A stretch of 64,000 nt of DNA from assembly GCA_964439885.1 (NCBI GenBank), contig CAYTPE010000001.1:9031-73030 (forward strand), written 5' to 3'. A program made the translations under genes and the position numbers. Origin of the DNA: an uncultured Gammaproteobacteria bacterium (GTDB lineage: Bacteria; Patescibacteriota; Patescibacteriia; Magasanikbacterales; GWA2-37-8). Each line of letters opens with the position of its first letter. The stretch's first letter is position 1. The notes under the pieces were generated by a model. That model had not been told where the DNA came from. It saw only the letters and a list, made by a program, of their open reading frames with translations, and did no database searches. Shown here piece after piece: positions 45,032 through 57,112 of this stretch.

Positions 45032-46111
45032 ATGAAAATTATCCTCTCTGGTGGCGGCACACTTGGTCCGGTCATTCCGCTACTTGCGATCGCCGAAACC
45101 TACCGACAGAAATTTCCGGAAGTAAAATTCATCTGGGTTGGCACCGCCAATGGCCCGGAAAGGGGAGTGGTGGAAAGTTATAATATACCTTTTTTTTCGC
45201 TTGGTTCAGGCAAATGGCGGCGGTATGTATCGCTGTGGAACGTGGTGGATCTCTTCCGAATAGTCGTGGCTTTTTTTCAGTCGCTGTATTTTTTGCTGCG
45301 TGAAAAACCGGACTTACTTATCTCGGCCGGTGGCTACGTGAGCGTGCCGCTGCACTGGGCAGCCGGACTGCTCGCTATGCCCACGTGGGTGCATCAGCAA
45401 GATGTGCGTGTCGGGCTCGCGAACAAACTGATGTTACCGTTCGCGCGCAAAGTCACAACGGCCGTGCGCGAGACAGCGGATGCGTTGAAAAAAAATCACG
45501 CCGAGTGGATCGGTAATCCGTCACGTGATCTGCGCGTCGCCGACAAAGTGGCGGCGCGAAAAAAATTTGCTATTCCGTTTGACGCGCCGGTGATCTTCGC
45601 GCTCGGTGGTGGTACGGGGTCGGCAAGTGTGAACAAGTTGGTGCTTGACGCGTTGCCGCACTGGCCAAGTAAATGGCACGTGATCCACCTCGTGGGAAAA
45701 GAGCGCCCCAAGGAACTTTCGGAACGTGCCGCTGTCGTCTATCCGAACTATCATGTGTATGATTTTTTTACCGATGAGATGAAGGACGCGTATGCCATTG
45801 CCGATGTGGTAATAGGCAGGGCCGGTTTCTCAACCTTGACTGAGATCGCCGCTCTTTCGAAGGCGGCAGTAATACTGCCTATGTTTGGCACTCATCAAGA
45901 ACAAAATGCCGATCTTTTCGCCACCCATGGCGGGATCATAACTTTGGAGCGGGGGACAGAGACCGGACTTAAGCTAGCTCAGGTAGTAAAAGACCTGGTA
46001 GAAGTGCCCGAAAAGCGCCGTGAATTGGGGGTGGCTATGCACGAACTTTTGCCGCGGACACCTGGGGATAAGATTCTTGCGCTCATCGAAGAGGTGTGCA
46101 TACAAAAGTGA
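45032..46111 (+). CDS. murG: Lipid II GlcNAc transferase MurG
   Basis: SGGGTLGPVIP, GKWRRY, GGYVSVP, HQQD..GLAN, GGGTGS, GRAG, HQEQNA. Confidence 0.93.
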   Translation: MKIILSGGGTLGPVIPLLAIAETYRQKFPEVKFIWVGTANGPERGVVESYNIPFFSLGSGKWRRYVSLWNVVDLFRIVVAFFQSLYFLLREKPDLLISAGGYVSVPLHWAAGLLAMPTWVHQQDVRVGLANKLMLPFARKVTTAVRETADALKKNHAEWIGNPSRDLRVADKVAARKKFAIPFDAPVIFALGGGTGSASVNKLVLDALPHWPSKWHVIHLVGKERPKELSERAAVVYPNYHVYDFFTDEMKDAYAIADVVIGRAGFSTLTEIAALSKAAVILPMFGTHQEQNADLFATHGGIITLERGTETGLKLAQVVKDLVEVPEKRRELGVAMHELLPRTPGDKILALIEEVCIQK

Positions 46112-46193
46112 CCTACCCTTAGCGAAAAATGTGCCGTTCGACACTTTGTCAACGGTAGTCAAAGCTTGGGCTGTGAATAACTCGTATTATTAA

Positions 46194-46222
46194 TTGCTGA
46201 AAGAGCAATTTTTTGTTATAAT
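46194..46222 (+). promoter_or_regulatory. Sigma70 promoter for the surface-protein cluster
   Basis: TTGCTG-17 nt-TATAAT with an extended -10 TG. Confidence 0.6.
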
Positions 46223-46257
46223 TAGATAAAATTTAATTCATTTCCTTCCTGAAAACC

Positions 46258-49200
46258 ATGCATTTGGGAAGTGCTCGTACAATAGCTGCACAATTAGGCC
46301 GCATTACCGGCTATTTTTTGCTTTTTGTACTTGCTTTAGGGGGCCTTTTTGTTGATCCGTTTGTATCGACAGCTGCCACTGGTGTACCTAAAATTTTCAC
46401 CTATCAGGGTCGTTTGCTTGATGGGGCGGGGAATTTGCTTGGTGGCAATGGTACCAACTATTGTTTCCGTTTCTCGCTGTACGACAACGCCACCGTCGGG
46501 CAGGGCGCAAAGGTATGGCCGGCAGGAGTTCCGTCTACCATGACGCTACAAGTTAAGAGCGGTGTTTTCAACGGCGCAATCGGCGATCTTGCTGCGGGAG
46601 GGGATTTGCTTGATTATAATTTTCAGGATTCCGATGAGGTGTACTTGAACGTAGAAGTAGCAGCCCAGGTGGGTGGCTCATGCGCGGGTGTGGCATTCGA
46701 AACACTGGCTCCACGTCAGCGTGTGACTGCTAGCGGTTATGCCATCAACGCGAACACAGATGGCGGATTTACCACATCGCAGATTGCAACAGGCAGCCAG
46801 ATTCCCGTGCACACCAATGGTGCTATCGTGCTTGGTGGTGCCACTGCCGGGCTCAGTGCTACCAACGCAAACCCGCTTCTTTTGCAGGGGAGTGGTAGTG
46901 GTGACATTCAATTTTTTTCTGCACTGAATAAACTTTCTTCTGCCGGTAATTTAACATTGGCCGGATCACTCACTGCCAACGGCGCACTTCTCATCAACAA
47001 TGACGCGACTATTACTGGCACAACGACGTTGGCAACAACGAGTATTTCCAAAGCAACAATTGCGAATGCTACGGTGAATAATTTAACTGTAACGGGGGTG
47101 TGTTTTGGTTGTGGTGGGGGGGGGGCGGCAGGTGGGGTGAACACATCAACGGCAGGATACATGGCGTATTATCTGAATGGCACAAGCGTAACGGGCACAA
47201 GCATGGTGACCTTTGCTGGTAACACATTTACGGTTTCAGGTTTGTCTGTATTTACTGCTACCGCAACTTTTGCCACAACAAGCATTACGAACGCCGCTAT
47301 TGGCTCTGCTTCAGTAGGAAATTTGGTAGCTACAAACAGTACATCGACAAATAGCTTTGCTGAGGGGCTTGCTTATACCAATTTGTCTGGTGTCAATGCT
47401 ACTTCGACAAATTTGTTTGCGTCACAATTTAATTTTGTGAATGCAAATGGAACGAGTCTGACTTCTACGAATGCATTTTTTTCTAATTTAGCTGTAGGTA
47501 ATTTCAGTCCGACGAATTTGTCGACTTCTAACATTACCACTACCAATTTTGTCGCGACGGGCGCGGTGAGTCTGCCAGTTAACTCGGTGACCGACGCGAT
47601 GGTTTCGAACTCTTTGACTATTGACAACACGGGAAATATTTCCGCTACCGCTATCAATTCGGGAACACTTGGTAACAATGCTGTCACGTTGGCTCTCGGA
47701 TCTTTTGGCTCGATCACTGGAGCGCTTGGAGATGCCAACGTAGCGGACAATCTTACCATCAACGGTGGCACTATTAACAACACAACGATTGGCGCGTCGA
47801 GCCCCTCCACGGGTGTGTTTACGAACGCGACAGCTACCAATTTTGTTGCCTCGAATGTTACCACTACTAATTTGGCAGTGACGGGAGCACTAAGTGTGAC
47901 CTCACTCAACCCCACGAATTTGGCTTGGGTAAACGCCACGGGAACGAACAGTATTCTGAACAATGTAACAAGTACGAATTTGTCCGTCTCTGGCTTAACC
48001 ACTCTCGCCAACACCACCTTGACCAACGCCACCTCCACCAACTTCAACACCGTTGGCCTCACCTTCACCAACGCCACGGGCACCAACAGTGTCTTCACGA
48101 ACGCTACCAGTACCAACCTCTTTAGCACTGGCCTTGCCTTCACCAACTTAAACGGTACGAATGCCACCTCCACCAACTTCTTTGCCACCAACCTCGCGAG
48201 CCTTGGCCTGACCAGCACCTACGGCAACCTCTCCTTTATCACCGCCACCGGTGTCACCTCCACCAACGCGAGCTTTACGAACCTCAGTGCTGCCACCTTC
48301 AACCCCACCAATCTCACCTGGACCAACGCCACGGGGACCAACAGCGTCCTGACCAATGTGACCAGCACCAACCTCGCCGTCAGTGGCCTGGTTGCCTTAA
48401 CAGGGAACACCACCTTGACCAACGCCACCTCCACCAACCTCTTCTCAACCGGCCTCGCCTTCACCAACCTCTCTGGTACCAACGGAACAAGTACCAATTT
48501 CTTTGCCACGAACCTCGCGAGCCTTGGCATTACGTCCACGTATGGCACCATTACCTTCTTAACAACCAGCGGCATCACCTCAACCAACGCGAGCTTGACC
48601 AACGTTACCTCCACCAACCTGTCCGTCTCTGGCTTAACCACTCTCGCCAACACCACCTTGACCAACGCCACCTCCACCAACTTCAACACCGTTGGCCTCA
48701 CCTTCACCAACGCCACGGGCACCAACAGTGTCTTCACGAACGCTACCAGTACCAACCTCTTTAGCACTGGCCTTGCCTTCACCAACTTAAACGGTACGAA
48801 TGCCACCTCCACCAACTTCTTTGCCACCAACCTCGCGAGCCTTGGCCTGACCAGCACCTACGGCAACCTCTCCTTTATCACCGCCACCGGTGTCACCTCC
48901 ACCAACGCGAGCTTTACGAACCTCAGTGCTGCCACCTTCAACCCCACCAATCTCACCTGGACCAACGCCACGGGGACCAACAGCGTCCTGACCAATGTGA
49001 CCAGCACCAACCTCGCCGTCAGTGGCCTGGTTGCCTTAACAGGGAACACCACCTTGACCAACGCCACCTCCACCAACCTCTTCTCAACCGGTTTGGCATT
49101 TACTAATCTCAATGGTACCAATGGAACCAGCACCAACTTCTTTGCCACCAACCTCAGCAGTCTTGGCAGTACTTCCACCTACGGTAACATCTCCTTCATC

Positions 49201-52200
49201 ACGGCTAGTGGCATCACATCGACTAATGGTAATTTCACTAATTTAACAGCTTCGAACTTCATTCCAACCAATCTCACCTGGGTGAGTGCCACCGGTACCA
49301 ACACCGTTCTAACCAACGCCACATCAACCAACTTAAATACGGTTGGGTTAACCTTTACGAATGCCACGGGGACCAACGCTGTCTTGACCAACGCCACGTC
49401 AACCAACCTCTTCTCAACAGGTCTGGCATTTACTAACTTGAACGGCACGAACGCAACGAGCACCAACTTTTTTGCCACCAACCTAAGTAGTCTCGGGCTC
49501 ACCACTACGTATGAGAAAAGTACATTCCTTGTAGCGACAAATGCTACTTCAACTAATTCTTTTGTCACTAATCTATCAAGTCTAGGCATAACATCCACAT
49601 ACGCAAATCTTGGTTTCTTGGTAGGTACTAATATTACTTCAACAAATCAATACAGCAACGGTCTCACCTTTAATATCGCCACAGGTACCTCTATCACTAC
49701 TACAAATGCATATATCGCAAGTTTGGTCGTCGGCACATGTACGGGTTGTGGTGGCGGTGCGGCAAGCGGTGGTGTAAATACTTCGACAGCTGGAAATTTT
49801 GCTTATTATCAGGGTGCCAGCTCAGTCACCGGTACATCTGCCCTTACCTTGTCTGGTACGAATATTACTGCGAATGGCGCAGTAGCCTTAACTGCTACTA
49901 CCACCGCCACCAATCGTTTTATTAACACCATATCAAGCGGCTCAAATATATCAGTGGTCGGCAGCGTTGCTCTTGCCAACTCAGGTTCTAAACCATACAA
50001 CCTAGTACTTCGAGGACGGTATGCCTATGTAACAAATTTCGCTAGTTCTACCATATCTGTGGTTGATTTAAGCAATCCGGCAGCACCAACTGTAATTAAT
50101 ACAATTAGCGTTGGAATTAACGTCGGGCCAACAGGCATCGATAATGATAGTAGATATTTGTATGTTGCCGCGTCGTCTACGCCAAGCCTTTATATTTACG
50201 ATCTTTCAACTGCAGCAGCCCCGTCTCAAGTTGGTCAGTCGCTTTTGTCTTTTTCACCAACAGATATAGGAGTAGATGGTCATTTTGTCCTACTTCCGTC
50301 TCCGAGCTTTGGTCAGGTCCAAATTCGTGATATTAAATATCCAAATAATGTATCATCTGTTCCTGGCTTGGGTGGTGTTACTGGTGGAACCCGCATTACT
50401 ATCTTTGGTAAATATGCCTACTACTCGGGCTCTTCCAATCTGTATATTGCTGACGCCTCCAACCCTGCCTCAATGGTTGTTAATGGTAGTATTGCTATGC
50501 CTAATCAGGTTAATGGCGTGTATGTTGTAGACCGATACGCGTACGTATTAAATGGAGGCTCGTTAAACGTAGTTGATATTAGTACGCCCAGCGCTCCAGT
50601 AAATGTTGCGACCACTTCAATCGGCGGCACTCTCTGGGGAGTGGCTGGTACTGGCCGCTATCTCTACATTACAGATAAAGCCAACAGCTCCGTTGATGTC
50701 GTAGACGTGGCAAGCTCTACCAACCCAGTCTTAGTAAAAACCATTACAGGCTTTGCTTCACCGCAAGGCATCGCCGTTAACGGAAGATACGCCTACGTTG
50801 TAGATAATGGTGATGGTACTCTCTATGTAATTGATTTACAGGGAACGGAAGTGAGCTCTCTGGTGGCATATTCTGCCGATGTCGGTTCACAACAAATTAG
50901 AAATGATCTCTACATTGGCAACAAAGCTTTTGTGCTTGGAGGGTTGACTGTTGGTAGTTTGGGCATCGCGTCAGCCGGAGATCTTGTGGTCCAAGGCACC
51001 GGCAATTCTACACTAGCCGGCGCTTTGGTTGTTTCGTCATCCATTTCAGCAAGTGCTTTTTCTGTGTCTGATAATTCATTTTATACAAGTGTAGGAACAA
51101 CCTATATAACAAATCTAAACGCTACTAGCATTACCTCCACCAACCTCTTTTCTACCGGTCTCACCTTTACTAACGCTACAGGTACCAAGGCCATTTTCAC
51201 GAGCGCCACCTCGACGAATTTGTATACAACAAACGGCGTGTTTACTAATGCCACTACTACCAACCTGTATTCAAACGGGTTGGTCTTCTCACGCGCCACA
51301 AGTACGGCATTAACTTCCACCATCGCATACATCGGCAGCCTGACAGTCGGCAGCTGTTCAGGTTGTGGCGGCGGAGTCTCTTTGAGCGGCAATAATACAT
51401 GGAGCGGGCTAAATATATTTACCAATACTACCACATTAGCCACCACCACCATTTCAGGTATATTTGATGGTGATGCTAAATTCGTCCCAGCTAGCCCGAA
51501 TGGGAATGGTTTCCAAGTAATGAATTTAGAAAACGATGAGACGCTTTTCAGCGTCGGCCCTTCAGCAGGGAATGCTGATTTTGTGGCGATAGGGGATAGA
51601 AGTGCCGCGCTTACGACCACTACACTCTTATATGTTGATACCAAATCTGATGCTGGCGACCCCACGCCTCCACTGAGTGCGGACGGTGCTATCTATTATA
51701 ATTCGAATAGCAAAAAATTCCGGTGTTACGAAAATTCGTCATGGAAAAATTGTGATAGCGCTGCTAATGCTCAAACATTTACCGCCACAAGTACCTGGAA
51801 CAAGCCAAACGGTGTTACATATGTTACCGTGCGTTGTATTGGCGGTGGCGGTGGCGGTGGCGGCGGAAGTTCGAAGGCGGCTGGTGGTGCACGAGCTGGG
51901 GGCAGTGGCGGTGGCGGTGGCTCTGTGCTCATCAGAACATTTTTAGCTTCTGACGTAACATCTAGTATTGGTATTACTGTTGGCCAGCCAGGTGGGGCTG
52001 GCGCCGGCGGCGTAAACGGAGCCAACGGCACCAGCGGCAGCGCTGGTACTGCATCCAGTTTTGGCACGTATGTCACCTGTTATGGTGGTGGCGGCGGTTT
52101 TGGGGGCACAACTGCAGTGAATTCAGGTGGTACAGGTGGTGGTCACGGTGGTGCTGGTAATAGTGGCAGTGGTTCAGCTTCCACTGGCGGCTTGCCGGCT

Positions 52201-52704
52201 ACTGCCAGCAACGCAGTTGGTTTGTCGGGACAGGGTTCTGGTAGCAGCGCGGGTACGGCTTCTGGCCAACCATCCGAATGGGGTGGTGCTGCTGGTGGCG
52301 GATCTTCAATCACAGTAGCTAGTCAAAATGGCGGTACCTCGCTCTGGGGTTGTGGTGGCGGTGGCGCAGGTGGAAATATTACTACTGGTAACGTGGCCAA
52401 TGCACCAGGCGCTGGTGGTAACACCGGTGTTTGGGTTACGGCTGGCGGCGGCGGTGGAGCGGCTGGTTCAAGCGGTGCGGCTGGTACTAACGGCACCGAC
52501 GGAACGGGAGGAACCTCCTTGTTGTGCGGTAAAGGCGGCGGCGGTGGTGGATCTTCCACAAACGGTGCTAACAATGGCGGTACCGGTGGTAACGGTGGCG
52601 CTCCTGGCGGCGGCGGTGGTGGTGGTGGAGCCGGTACTACTACTGTTAATGGAGGTACTGGTGGCAGAGGAGGGGCAGGTGAGGTCGATGTATGGGCCTG
52701 GTAA
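46258..52704 (+). CDS. Giant (2148 aa) secreted surface protein: N-terminal YQGRL domain, TNATSTN repeat stalk, LVIVD-like propeller, Gly-rich C-terminus
   Basis: Signal/TM segment; [16 protein letters not shown]; dozens of NxT/S units; GRYAYV..VVD repeats; poly-Gly tail. Confidence 0.85.
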   Translation: MHLGSARTIAAQLGRITGYFLLFVLALGGLFVDPFVSTAATGVPKIFTYQGRLLDGAGNLLGGNGTNYCFRFSLYDNATVGQGAKVWPAGVPSTMTLQVKSGVFNGAIGDLAAGGDLLDYNFQDSDEVYLNVEVAAQVGGSCAGVAFETLAPRQRVTASGYAINANTDGGFTTSQIATGSQIPVHTNGAIVLGGATAGLSATNANPLLLQGSGSGDIQFFSALNKLSSAGNLTLAGSLTANGALLINNDATITGTTTLATTSISKATIANATVNNLTVTGVCFGCGGGGAAGGVNTSTAGYMAYYLNGTSVTGTSMVTFAGNTFTVSGLSVFTATATFATTSITNAAIGSASVGNLVATNSTSTNSFAEGLAYTNLSGVNATSTNLFASQFNFVNANGTSLTSTNAFFSNLAVGNFSPTNLSTSNITTTNFVATGAVSLPVNSVTDAMVSNSLTIDNTGNISATAINSGTLGNNAVTLALGSFGSITGALGDANVADNLTINGGTINNTTIGASSPSTGVFTNATATNFVASNVTTTNLAVTGALSVTSLNPTNLAWVNATGTNSILNNVTSTNLSVSGLTTLANTTLTNATSTNFNTVGLTFTNATGTNSVFTNATSTNLFSTGLAFTNLNGTNATSTNFFATNLASLGLTSTYGNLSFITATGVTSTNASFTNLSAATFNPTNLTWTNATGTNSVLTNVTSTNLAVSGLVALTGNTTLTNATSTNLFSTGLAFTNLSGTNGTSTNFFATNLASLGITSTYGTITFLTTSGITSTNASLTNVTSTNLSVSGLTTLANTTLTNATSTNFNTVGLTFTNATGTNSVFTNATSTNLFSTGLAFTNLNGTNATSTNFFATNLASLGLTSTYGNLSFITATGVTSTNASFTNLSAATFNPTNLTWTNATGTNSVLTNVTSTNLAVSGLVALTGNTTLTNATSTNLFSTGLAFTNLNGTNGTSTNFFATNLSSLGSTSTYGNISFITASGITSTNGNFTNLTASNFIPTNLTWVSATGTNTVLTNATSTNLNTVGLTFTNATGTNAVLTNATSTNLFSTGLAFTNLNGTNATSTNFFATNLSSLGLTTTYEKSTFLVATNATSTNSFVTNLSSLGITSTYANLGFLVGTNITSTNQYSNGLTFNIATGTSITTTNAYIASLVVGTCTGCGGGAASGGVNTSTAGNFAYYQGASSVTGTSALTLSGTNITANGAVALTATTTATNRFINTISSGSNISVVGSVALANSGSKPYNLVLRGRYAYVTNFASSTISVVDLSNPAAPTVINTISVGINVGPTGIDNDSRYLYVAASSTPSLYIYDLSTAAAPSQVGQSLLSFSPTDIGVDGHFVLLPSPSFGQVQIRDIKYPNNVSSVPGLGGVTGGTRITIFGKYAYYSGSSNLYIADASNPASMVVNGSIAMPNQVNGVYVVDRYAYVLNGGSLNVVDISTPSAPVNVATTSIGGTLWGVAGTGRYLYITDKANSSVDVVDVASSTNPVLVKTITGFASPQGIAVNGRYAYVVDNGDGTLYVIDLQGTEVSSLVAYSADVGSQQIRNDLYIGNKAFVLGGLTVGSLGIASAGDLVVQGTGNSTLAGALVVSSSISASAFSVSDNSFYTSVGTTYITNLNATSITSTNLFSTGLTFTNATGTKAIFTSATSTNLYTTNGVFTNATTTNLYSNGLVFSRATSTALTSTIAYIGSLTVGSCSGCGGGVSLSGNNTWSGLNIFTNTTTLATTTISGIFDGDAKFVPASPNGNGFQVMNLENDETLFSVGPSAGNADFVAIGDRSAALTTTTLLYVDTKSDAGDPTPPLSADGAIYYNSNSKKFRCYENSSWKNCDSAANAQTFTATSTWNKPNGVTYVTVRCIGGGGGGGGGSSKAAGGARAGGSGGGGGSVLIRTFLASDVTSSIGITVGQPGGAGAGGVNGANGTSGSAGTASSFGTYVTCYGGGGGFGGTTAVNSGGTGGGHGGAGNSGSGSASTGGLPATASNAVGLSGQGSGSSAGTASGQPSEWGGAAGGGSSITVASQNGGTSLWGCGGGGAGGNITTGNVANAPGAGGNTGVWVTAGGGGGAAGSSGAAGTNGTDGTGGTSLLCGKGGGGGGSSTNGANNGGTGGNGGAPGGGGGGGGAGTTTVNGGTGGRGGAGEVDVWAW
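47981..49091 (+). repeat. Direct repeat of ~472 bp with a 639-bp period inside the giant gene
   Basis: 47981-48452 and 48620-49091 appear identical in the segments compared; the protein repeats with a 213-aa period. Confidence 0.88.
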
Positions 52705-52728
52705 TTCTAAAATAAACAACATAATAAT

Positions 52729-53859
52729 ATGCGTATAAAAATTTTTTCTTCCCTTCTCCTTGTTCTTGTTGCAACACTCCTCGTGCCAGCAGCTCATGTG
52801 TCAGCCGCCAGTTCGGTGTATTACAACCCTGATTCGAAAGAATTAATTATTAATGGCGATTGCAGTGGTGATACAGCCAACATTGTGATGTACAAAAGAG
52901 CTACTAATACCGGATGGGGAAGCTTTTCCGCACCCTGTGTGAATAATCAATTTTCACTCACCGAGAAAATGACCGAATGGAAAATCGATGAAGGCCAGTA
53001 TGATGTGAAAATTGTCGACAATGCCGCACAAAAGAAGAATAATGGAAAATTTTTTAATTTTGGCAACAATGACAATCGAGTTACCGTCAACATTACAAAT
53101 TTAGTTCCGCCTGCTCCTGAGAGTCCGCTCTCCCAAGTTTCCACATCAAGCGACACCACAACGACACCACCTGCCGGTTTTACCGGTGTAGGCAGTTTAA
53201 GTACATCCACCGAGCAGGCCATAGCCGACCAACAATCATTGCTCGAACAGCTCTTCGGTGTTTTTAAGGCTATCGAAGAGTCCATTGTTCGAGTAACTAC
53301 ACTCTTTGCCGAAAGTGTCCGAACCACACTGATAAGCACAGTACAGTTCTTTAGTAAAAACATTACTGTCTTACCCGAAGGTTCAGTCACACTTCCATCC
53401 GGAACGAATCAAATCACCGGCCATGCCGAAATTCCCGCTGATGCCGATCATATTTTCATATCAAACACGCAGGTTACCGTCGACTCGCGCATTATTCTCA
53501 CGCCGCTGCACAACATTATCGCACCGTTAGCCGTAACCAACAAAATCGCCGGACAAGGCTTCGAGGTTAGCATCGTCGCCCCCCTCAAAGAACCTTTACC
53601 CTTCGATTGGGTACTCTTCCAGACGTATTCAGCCGGTGGGGAAGTGTATACGATTCCGGTCAATCTGCCAGCGCAAAATGCAGTACCCGATCAAAATAAT
53701 CAAGTAAATACAAGCACACCACCCACTGATGCGACGGTTTCTGATGGTACTAGTACTACACCTGATGCTGTTGTGCAGTCGCCGGTGCCAGTAGAAGAAG
53801 GCGGTAACTCTCCATCCGCACCTGGGGAACAAAGTAACAGTTCTACGCCGGCACAATAA
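52729..53859 (+). CDS. Secreted hypothetical protein with Pro/Thr/Ser-rich linkers
   Basis: Signal peptide ending AHVSA; beta-rich domain ending FDWVL. Confidence 0.75.
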   Translation: MRIKIFSSLLLVLVATLLVPAAHVSAASSVYYNPDSKELIINGDCSGDTANIVMYKRATNTGWGSFSAPCVNNQFSLTEKMTEWKIDEGQYDVKIVDNAAQKKNNGKFFNFGNNDNRVTVNITNLVPPAPESPLSQVSTSSDTTTTPPAGFTGVGSLSTSTEQAIADQQSLLEQLFGVFKAIEESIVRVTTLFAESVRTTLISTVQFFSKNITVLPEGSVTLPSGTNQITGHAEIPADADHIFISNTQVTVDSRIILTPLHNIIAPLAVTNKIAGQGFEVSIVAPLKEPLPFDWVLFQTYSAGGEVYTIPVNLPAQNAVPDQNNQVNTSTPPTDATVSDGTSTTPDAVVQSPVPVEEGGNSPSAPGEQSNSSTPAQ

Positions 53860-53872
53860 TTCGATATAGTGT

Positions 53873-54307
53873 ATGAAATTCATACGTCAGCATGTGTTGG
53901 TTTTTGTTGTCGGAGCGATACTTTGTGTCGGTGGGGGATTTGTCGTGTATCAAAAAAAATGGGCGCCATTTGATTTTACCTCTCTTGTTCAAAAGCAGTT
54001 AACCGATGATGATAAACAGCGAATCGTACAAGTGGTAAGCCGGGTGGTGGAGCTCCCACGAAATGAAATTCCCGAGATAAATTTTGTCACCAAACTCGAT
54101 CGTCTCAAAACCCAAAGTTTTTTTGCTCAAGCCCAAACAGGCGATGTGGTGCTTATCTATCGCCAAGCCAAAAAAGCCTTTTTGTATCGATCCACTACCC
54201 ATCGACTTGTCAATCAGGCAACAGTTGTTCTGGTGTCTCAACCACCCGATGATACACTACTGCCCGATGGTGCTATCCCAGGGTTTGCGTTGCCCGGCAT
54301 GCACTAG
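53873..54307 (+). CDS. Small N-terminally anchored membrane protein, paralog of the next gene
   Basis: TM segment; ELPRNEIP..QSFFAQAQTGDVVLIY..KAFLYR. Confidence 0.8.
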   Translation: MKFIRQHVLVFVVGAILCVGGGFVVYQKKWAPFDFTSLVQKQLTDDDKQRIVQVVSRVVELPRNEIPEINFVTKLDRLKTQSFFAQAQTGDVVLIYRQAKKAFLYRSTTHRLVNQATVVLVSQPPDDTLLPDGAIPGFALPGMH

Positions 54308-54388
54308 CTCATTGTGGACAACCACTTTACTCGATTACAAAAATCATTTATACTGTAAGCATATTAACTATTAAATTTTACTTTCCGT

Positions 54389-54820
54389 ATGGAAACACGA
54401 GAAAAAATTATCATAGCGGTATTGGCAGCATTGGTGCTTGTTTTAGGTGGTACCACTTTTTATTACTCCAAAAAATTCGTTCAAGCCAAAGAAAATCCGC
54501 AGCAGTATGTGCAGCAAACAGTTGACTCGCTCGTCAAACAGGTTGGTCAGCTTATGGAGCTCCCGGCAGGTGAAGTTCCAACCGTTGCTACTGTTGTTGA
54601 TCCGGAAAAATTAAAAGGCCAACCATTTTTTGCTCATGCATCAGTAGGGGACAAAGTGCTCATTTACGGCAATGCTCGTAAAGTTGTCTTGTATAACCCA
54701 AACACAAACAAGATCGTCGAAGTTGCACCGCTCAGTATCGGCAATCCAACCGGCACGAACCAGCCAGCTCCTACGCCAACTCCAACTCAGCCTACTGAAA
54801 CTGACACTAACAAACAATAG
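54389..54820 (+). CDS. Small N-terminally anchored membrane protein
   Basis: TM segment; ELPAGEVP..QPFFAHASVGDKVLIY..KVVLYN; Pro/Thr tail. Confidence 0.82.
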   Translation: METREKIIIAVLAALVLVLGGTTFYYSKKFVQAKENPQQYVQQTVDSLVKQVGQLMELPAGEVPTVATVVDPEKLKGQPFFAHASVGDKVLIYGNARKVVLYNPNTNKIVEVAPLSIGNPTGTNQPAPTPTPTQPTETDTNKQ

Positions 54821-54843
54821 TAGTTTATCTAAAGGGGACGTGT

Positions 54844-56145
54844 ATGCGCCTGGCTATTCTCAGCGTATGCCTGCTCGGCTGCATACTCACTCTGAGCGCG
54901 GTCGCGCGAGCTGAAACATTTTCTTCTCCGAGTTACACTTCTGCCGACCCGGTAGTGACTCTTCATGGTGGCTACGCGGCTTCACCGAGCTTTCAATTAT
55001 TTGGAAGTTCTGGCCCCATCGTCATCGGCGAAAGTACCAGTACGAACTTTGTGTATCGTACTGGTTTTCTTTATTTTCCCTTAGTAACCGCGCCGATCGC
55101 TGTGGCCACCCCCGGTAACGCTTCCGTAAATCTCACCTGGACAGCTGCCACAGCGGCACTCGGCTACACCATTAGTGGTTATGATGTCGGCGTGTCTGCG
55201 GCGGACGGAGGTCCGTACTCTTATTCAAATGTGGGAGACGTGCTGGCGCACACCGTGCAAGGGTTGCCCAACAACAGCGTTCGATATTTTGTGGTTAGAG
55301 CGAATGATTTTTATGGCAATCCTATTGCCACGTCATCGCAAGTTTCCGCTACACCTGTTGGCGGAAATAATAATCAAAATAATGCTGGAGGTGGTGGTGG
55401 GGGTGGGGGTGGGGGAGGCGCTGTCGCTACTACCATTCAGGCATCCGGCATTACGTTCCCCAGTGCTTTGGTGTATCTCGTGAAGGATGGTGTGATCATT
55501 GCTACTGCCGAGAGCACCGCGCAGGGCACCTTTTCTATCGGCCAGTCCGTGAGTCCAGGCACAGCGGTTTTTACCATCTATGCCGCTGATAAAAATGGCA
55601 ATCGTACCGGTTCCGTATCGTATACTACTGATGTCCAGTTCGGATCTACGACAAAGATAGAAAATATTGTGTTACCGCCTCTTGTTACAACCGATAAAGA
55701 GTCCGTCAAACCGGGCGATATCATTACCATCACCGGCAGAGGCGCGCCGAACTCGAATTCCGTTATCACCATTGATGAAATACCTGGTTTGCAGTTCAAA
55801 GTCACCCTCGATTCGAGTGGTACATTCTCCACTCCCTTCAAAGTGGCGGATCTCGGCAACGGTGCCTACAGCGTGCGCGCTCGGCTGGAGCGCAATGGGA
55901 CAGTGACGGGTCTCAGTCAACTGATACAATTTATTGTTGGCAATAAAACAGTTGATCGAACCGAACAACAGCAATGTTCAGAGGCAGATTTTAATTGTGA
56001 CGGTAAAGTTAATTTGATTGATTTTTCCATTTTGTTGTTCTGGTTTGAAAAAAAGAATCCACCGGATGCCATCGATCTGAATCATGACGGCAAAGTGGAT
56101 ATTATTGATTTTAGTATTCTTATGTACTATTGGACGGGTGGATAA
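54844..56145 (+). CDS. Secreted FN3 + Ig-like protein with a C-terminal dockerin-like domain
   Basis: Signal peptide; ATPGNASVNLTW..YFVVRA (FN3); DFNCDGKVNLIDFSILL and DLNHDGKVDIIDFSILM duplicated Ca-binding loops. Confidence 0.85.
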   Translation: MRLAILSVCLLGCILTLSAVARAETFSSPSYTSADPVVTLHGGYAASPSFQLFGSSGPIVIGESTSTNFVYRTGFLYFPLVTAPIAVATPGNASVNLTWTAATAALGYTISGYDVGVSAADGGPYSYSNVGDVLAHTVQGLPNNSVRYFVVRANDFYGNPIATSSQVSATPVGGNNNQNNAGGGGGGGGGGGAVATTIQASGITFPSALVYLVKDGVIIATAESTAQGTFSIGQSVSPGTAVFTIYAADKNGNRTGSVSYTTDVQFGSTTKIENIVLPPLVTTDKESVKPGDIITITGRGAPNSNSVITIDEIPGLQFKVTLDSSGTFSTPFKVADLGNGAYSVRARLERNGTVTGLSQLIQFIVGNKTVDRTEQQQCSEADFNCDGKVNLIDFSILLFWFEKKNPPDAIDLNHDGKVDIIDFSILMYYWTGG

Positions 56146-56146
56146 T

Positions 56147-57112
56147 ATGCTTAAACATATATTTCGTACTTTGCTTTTCGCTGCATTCGCAGTAGCTGTC
56201 GCCATTCCTGCCGCAGCCGCGAGCGATCCGTCAATAGTGATGGTTTTTAGTCCTGCCACGGTGGCCGCATCACGCCCAGAAGGGGCTACACTTGATGTGG
56301 CTGTGAATACTGGGGCGGCCACCATCAATGCGCTCGAAGGCGAACTGGTGTATCCAGCCAAAGAGCTCGCTGTTGATCAGGTGCTCGATGGTGATTCGGT
56401 CGTTTCGCTCTGGGTAGAGCGACCCACGGTGGATGAGGCACATGGTACGATACGATTCAAAGGTTTGTCAGCCGGTGGTATAAGCACCGGTCATGGTCGC
56501 TTGTTTAAAATAACCTTTCACACGGTACAAACCTCAATCGACGGTGCGTCGCGGTCAATTGTGCAAGCTCGGAATGTGCGTGGATTTTTGAGCGATGGGC
56601 GAGGTACGCCGGTGCCGGTTATTGGTGGAAGCAGTGAATTGGCCGTGGTACCAAGTGCCAGTGAATTAATTCCAACAAGCACAGCAACTTCTTCAACGCA
56701 ACCAATCGATACGACTGCTCCTGACCCTTTTAAACCAGCCATTTCTCGGTATCCGTCACTCTACAACAATCAATGGTTTGTGGTGTTTGCTTCACGTGAT
56801 GGGGGAGGGGGGATAGATCGATACGAAGTTCAGGAAACAAAAAGTGCCACACCCAATCCTGAGCGTTGGATTGAAGTGGCGAGCCCGTATGTATTAAACG
56901 ATCAATCATTAGGTAGTTATGTGCACATACGGGCGCTCGACAAATCAGGTAATGAGAGAATTGAAACGATATCGCCTGCATCAGGTGCGCGTAATTCATA
57001 TACGAAACTCTTTTTTTGGTGTATACTACTAATCGTAGTACTTTTCGGTGGTTTTGTGGTATGGAAAAAACAGTCGCGACAAACCGACACACCACCCCAG
57101 ACACGCAGCTAA
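56147..57112 (+). CDS. Cohesin-like domain protein with a C-terminal TM anchor
   Basis: Signal peptide; INALEGELVYP..SVVSLWVERP..LFKITF..DGRGT; DTTAP Ig-like domain; TM segment. Confidence 0.75.
   Translation: MLKHIFRTLLFAAFAVAVAIPAAAASDPSIVMVFSPATVAASRPEGATLDVAVNTGAATINALEGELVYPAKELAVDQVLDGDSVVSLWVERPTVDEAHGTIRFKGLSAGGISTGHGRLFKITFHTVQTSIDGASRSIVQARNVRGFLSDGRGTPVPVIGGSSELAVVPSASELIPTSTATSSTQPIDTTAPDPFKPAISRYPSLYNNQWFVVFASRDGGGGIDRYEVQETKSATPNPERWIEVASPYVLNDQSLGSYVHIRALDKSGNERIETISPASGARNSYTKLFFWCILLIVVLFGGFVVWKKQSRQTDTPPQTRS

Noticed and set aside
47981-49091. Diversity-generating retroelement TR/VR pair (AAC-rich repeat)
   Set aside because: The copies show no adenine-specific differences, both lie in frame mid-gene, and no reverse transcriptase is present
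47373-49598. Val/Leu-rich minus-strand ORFs
   Set aside because: Antisense shadows of the Thr/Asn repeat codons of the giant gene
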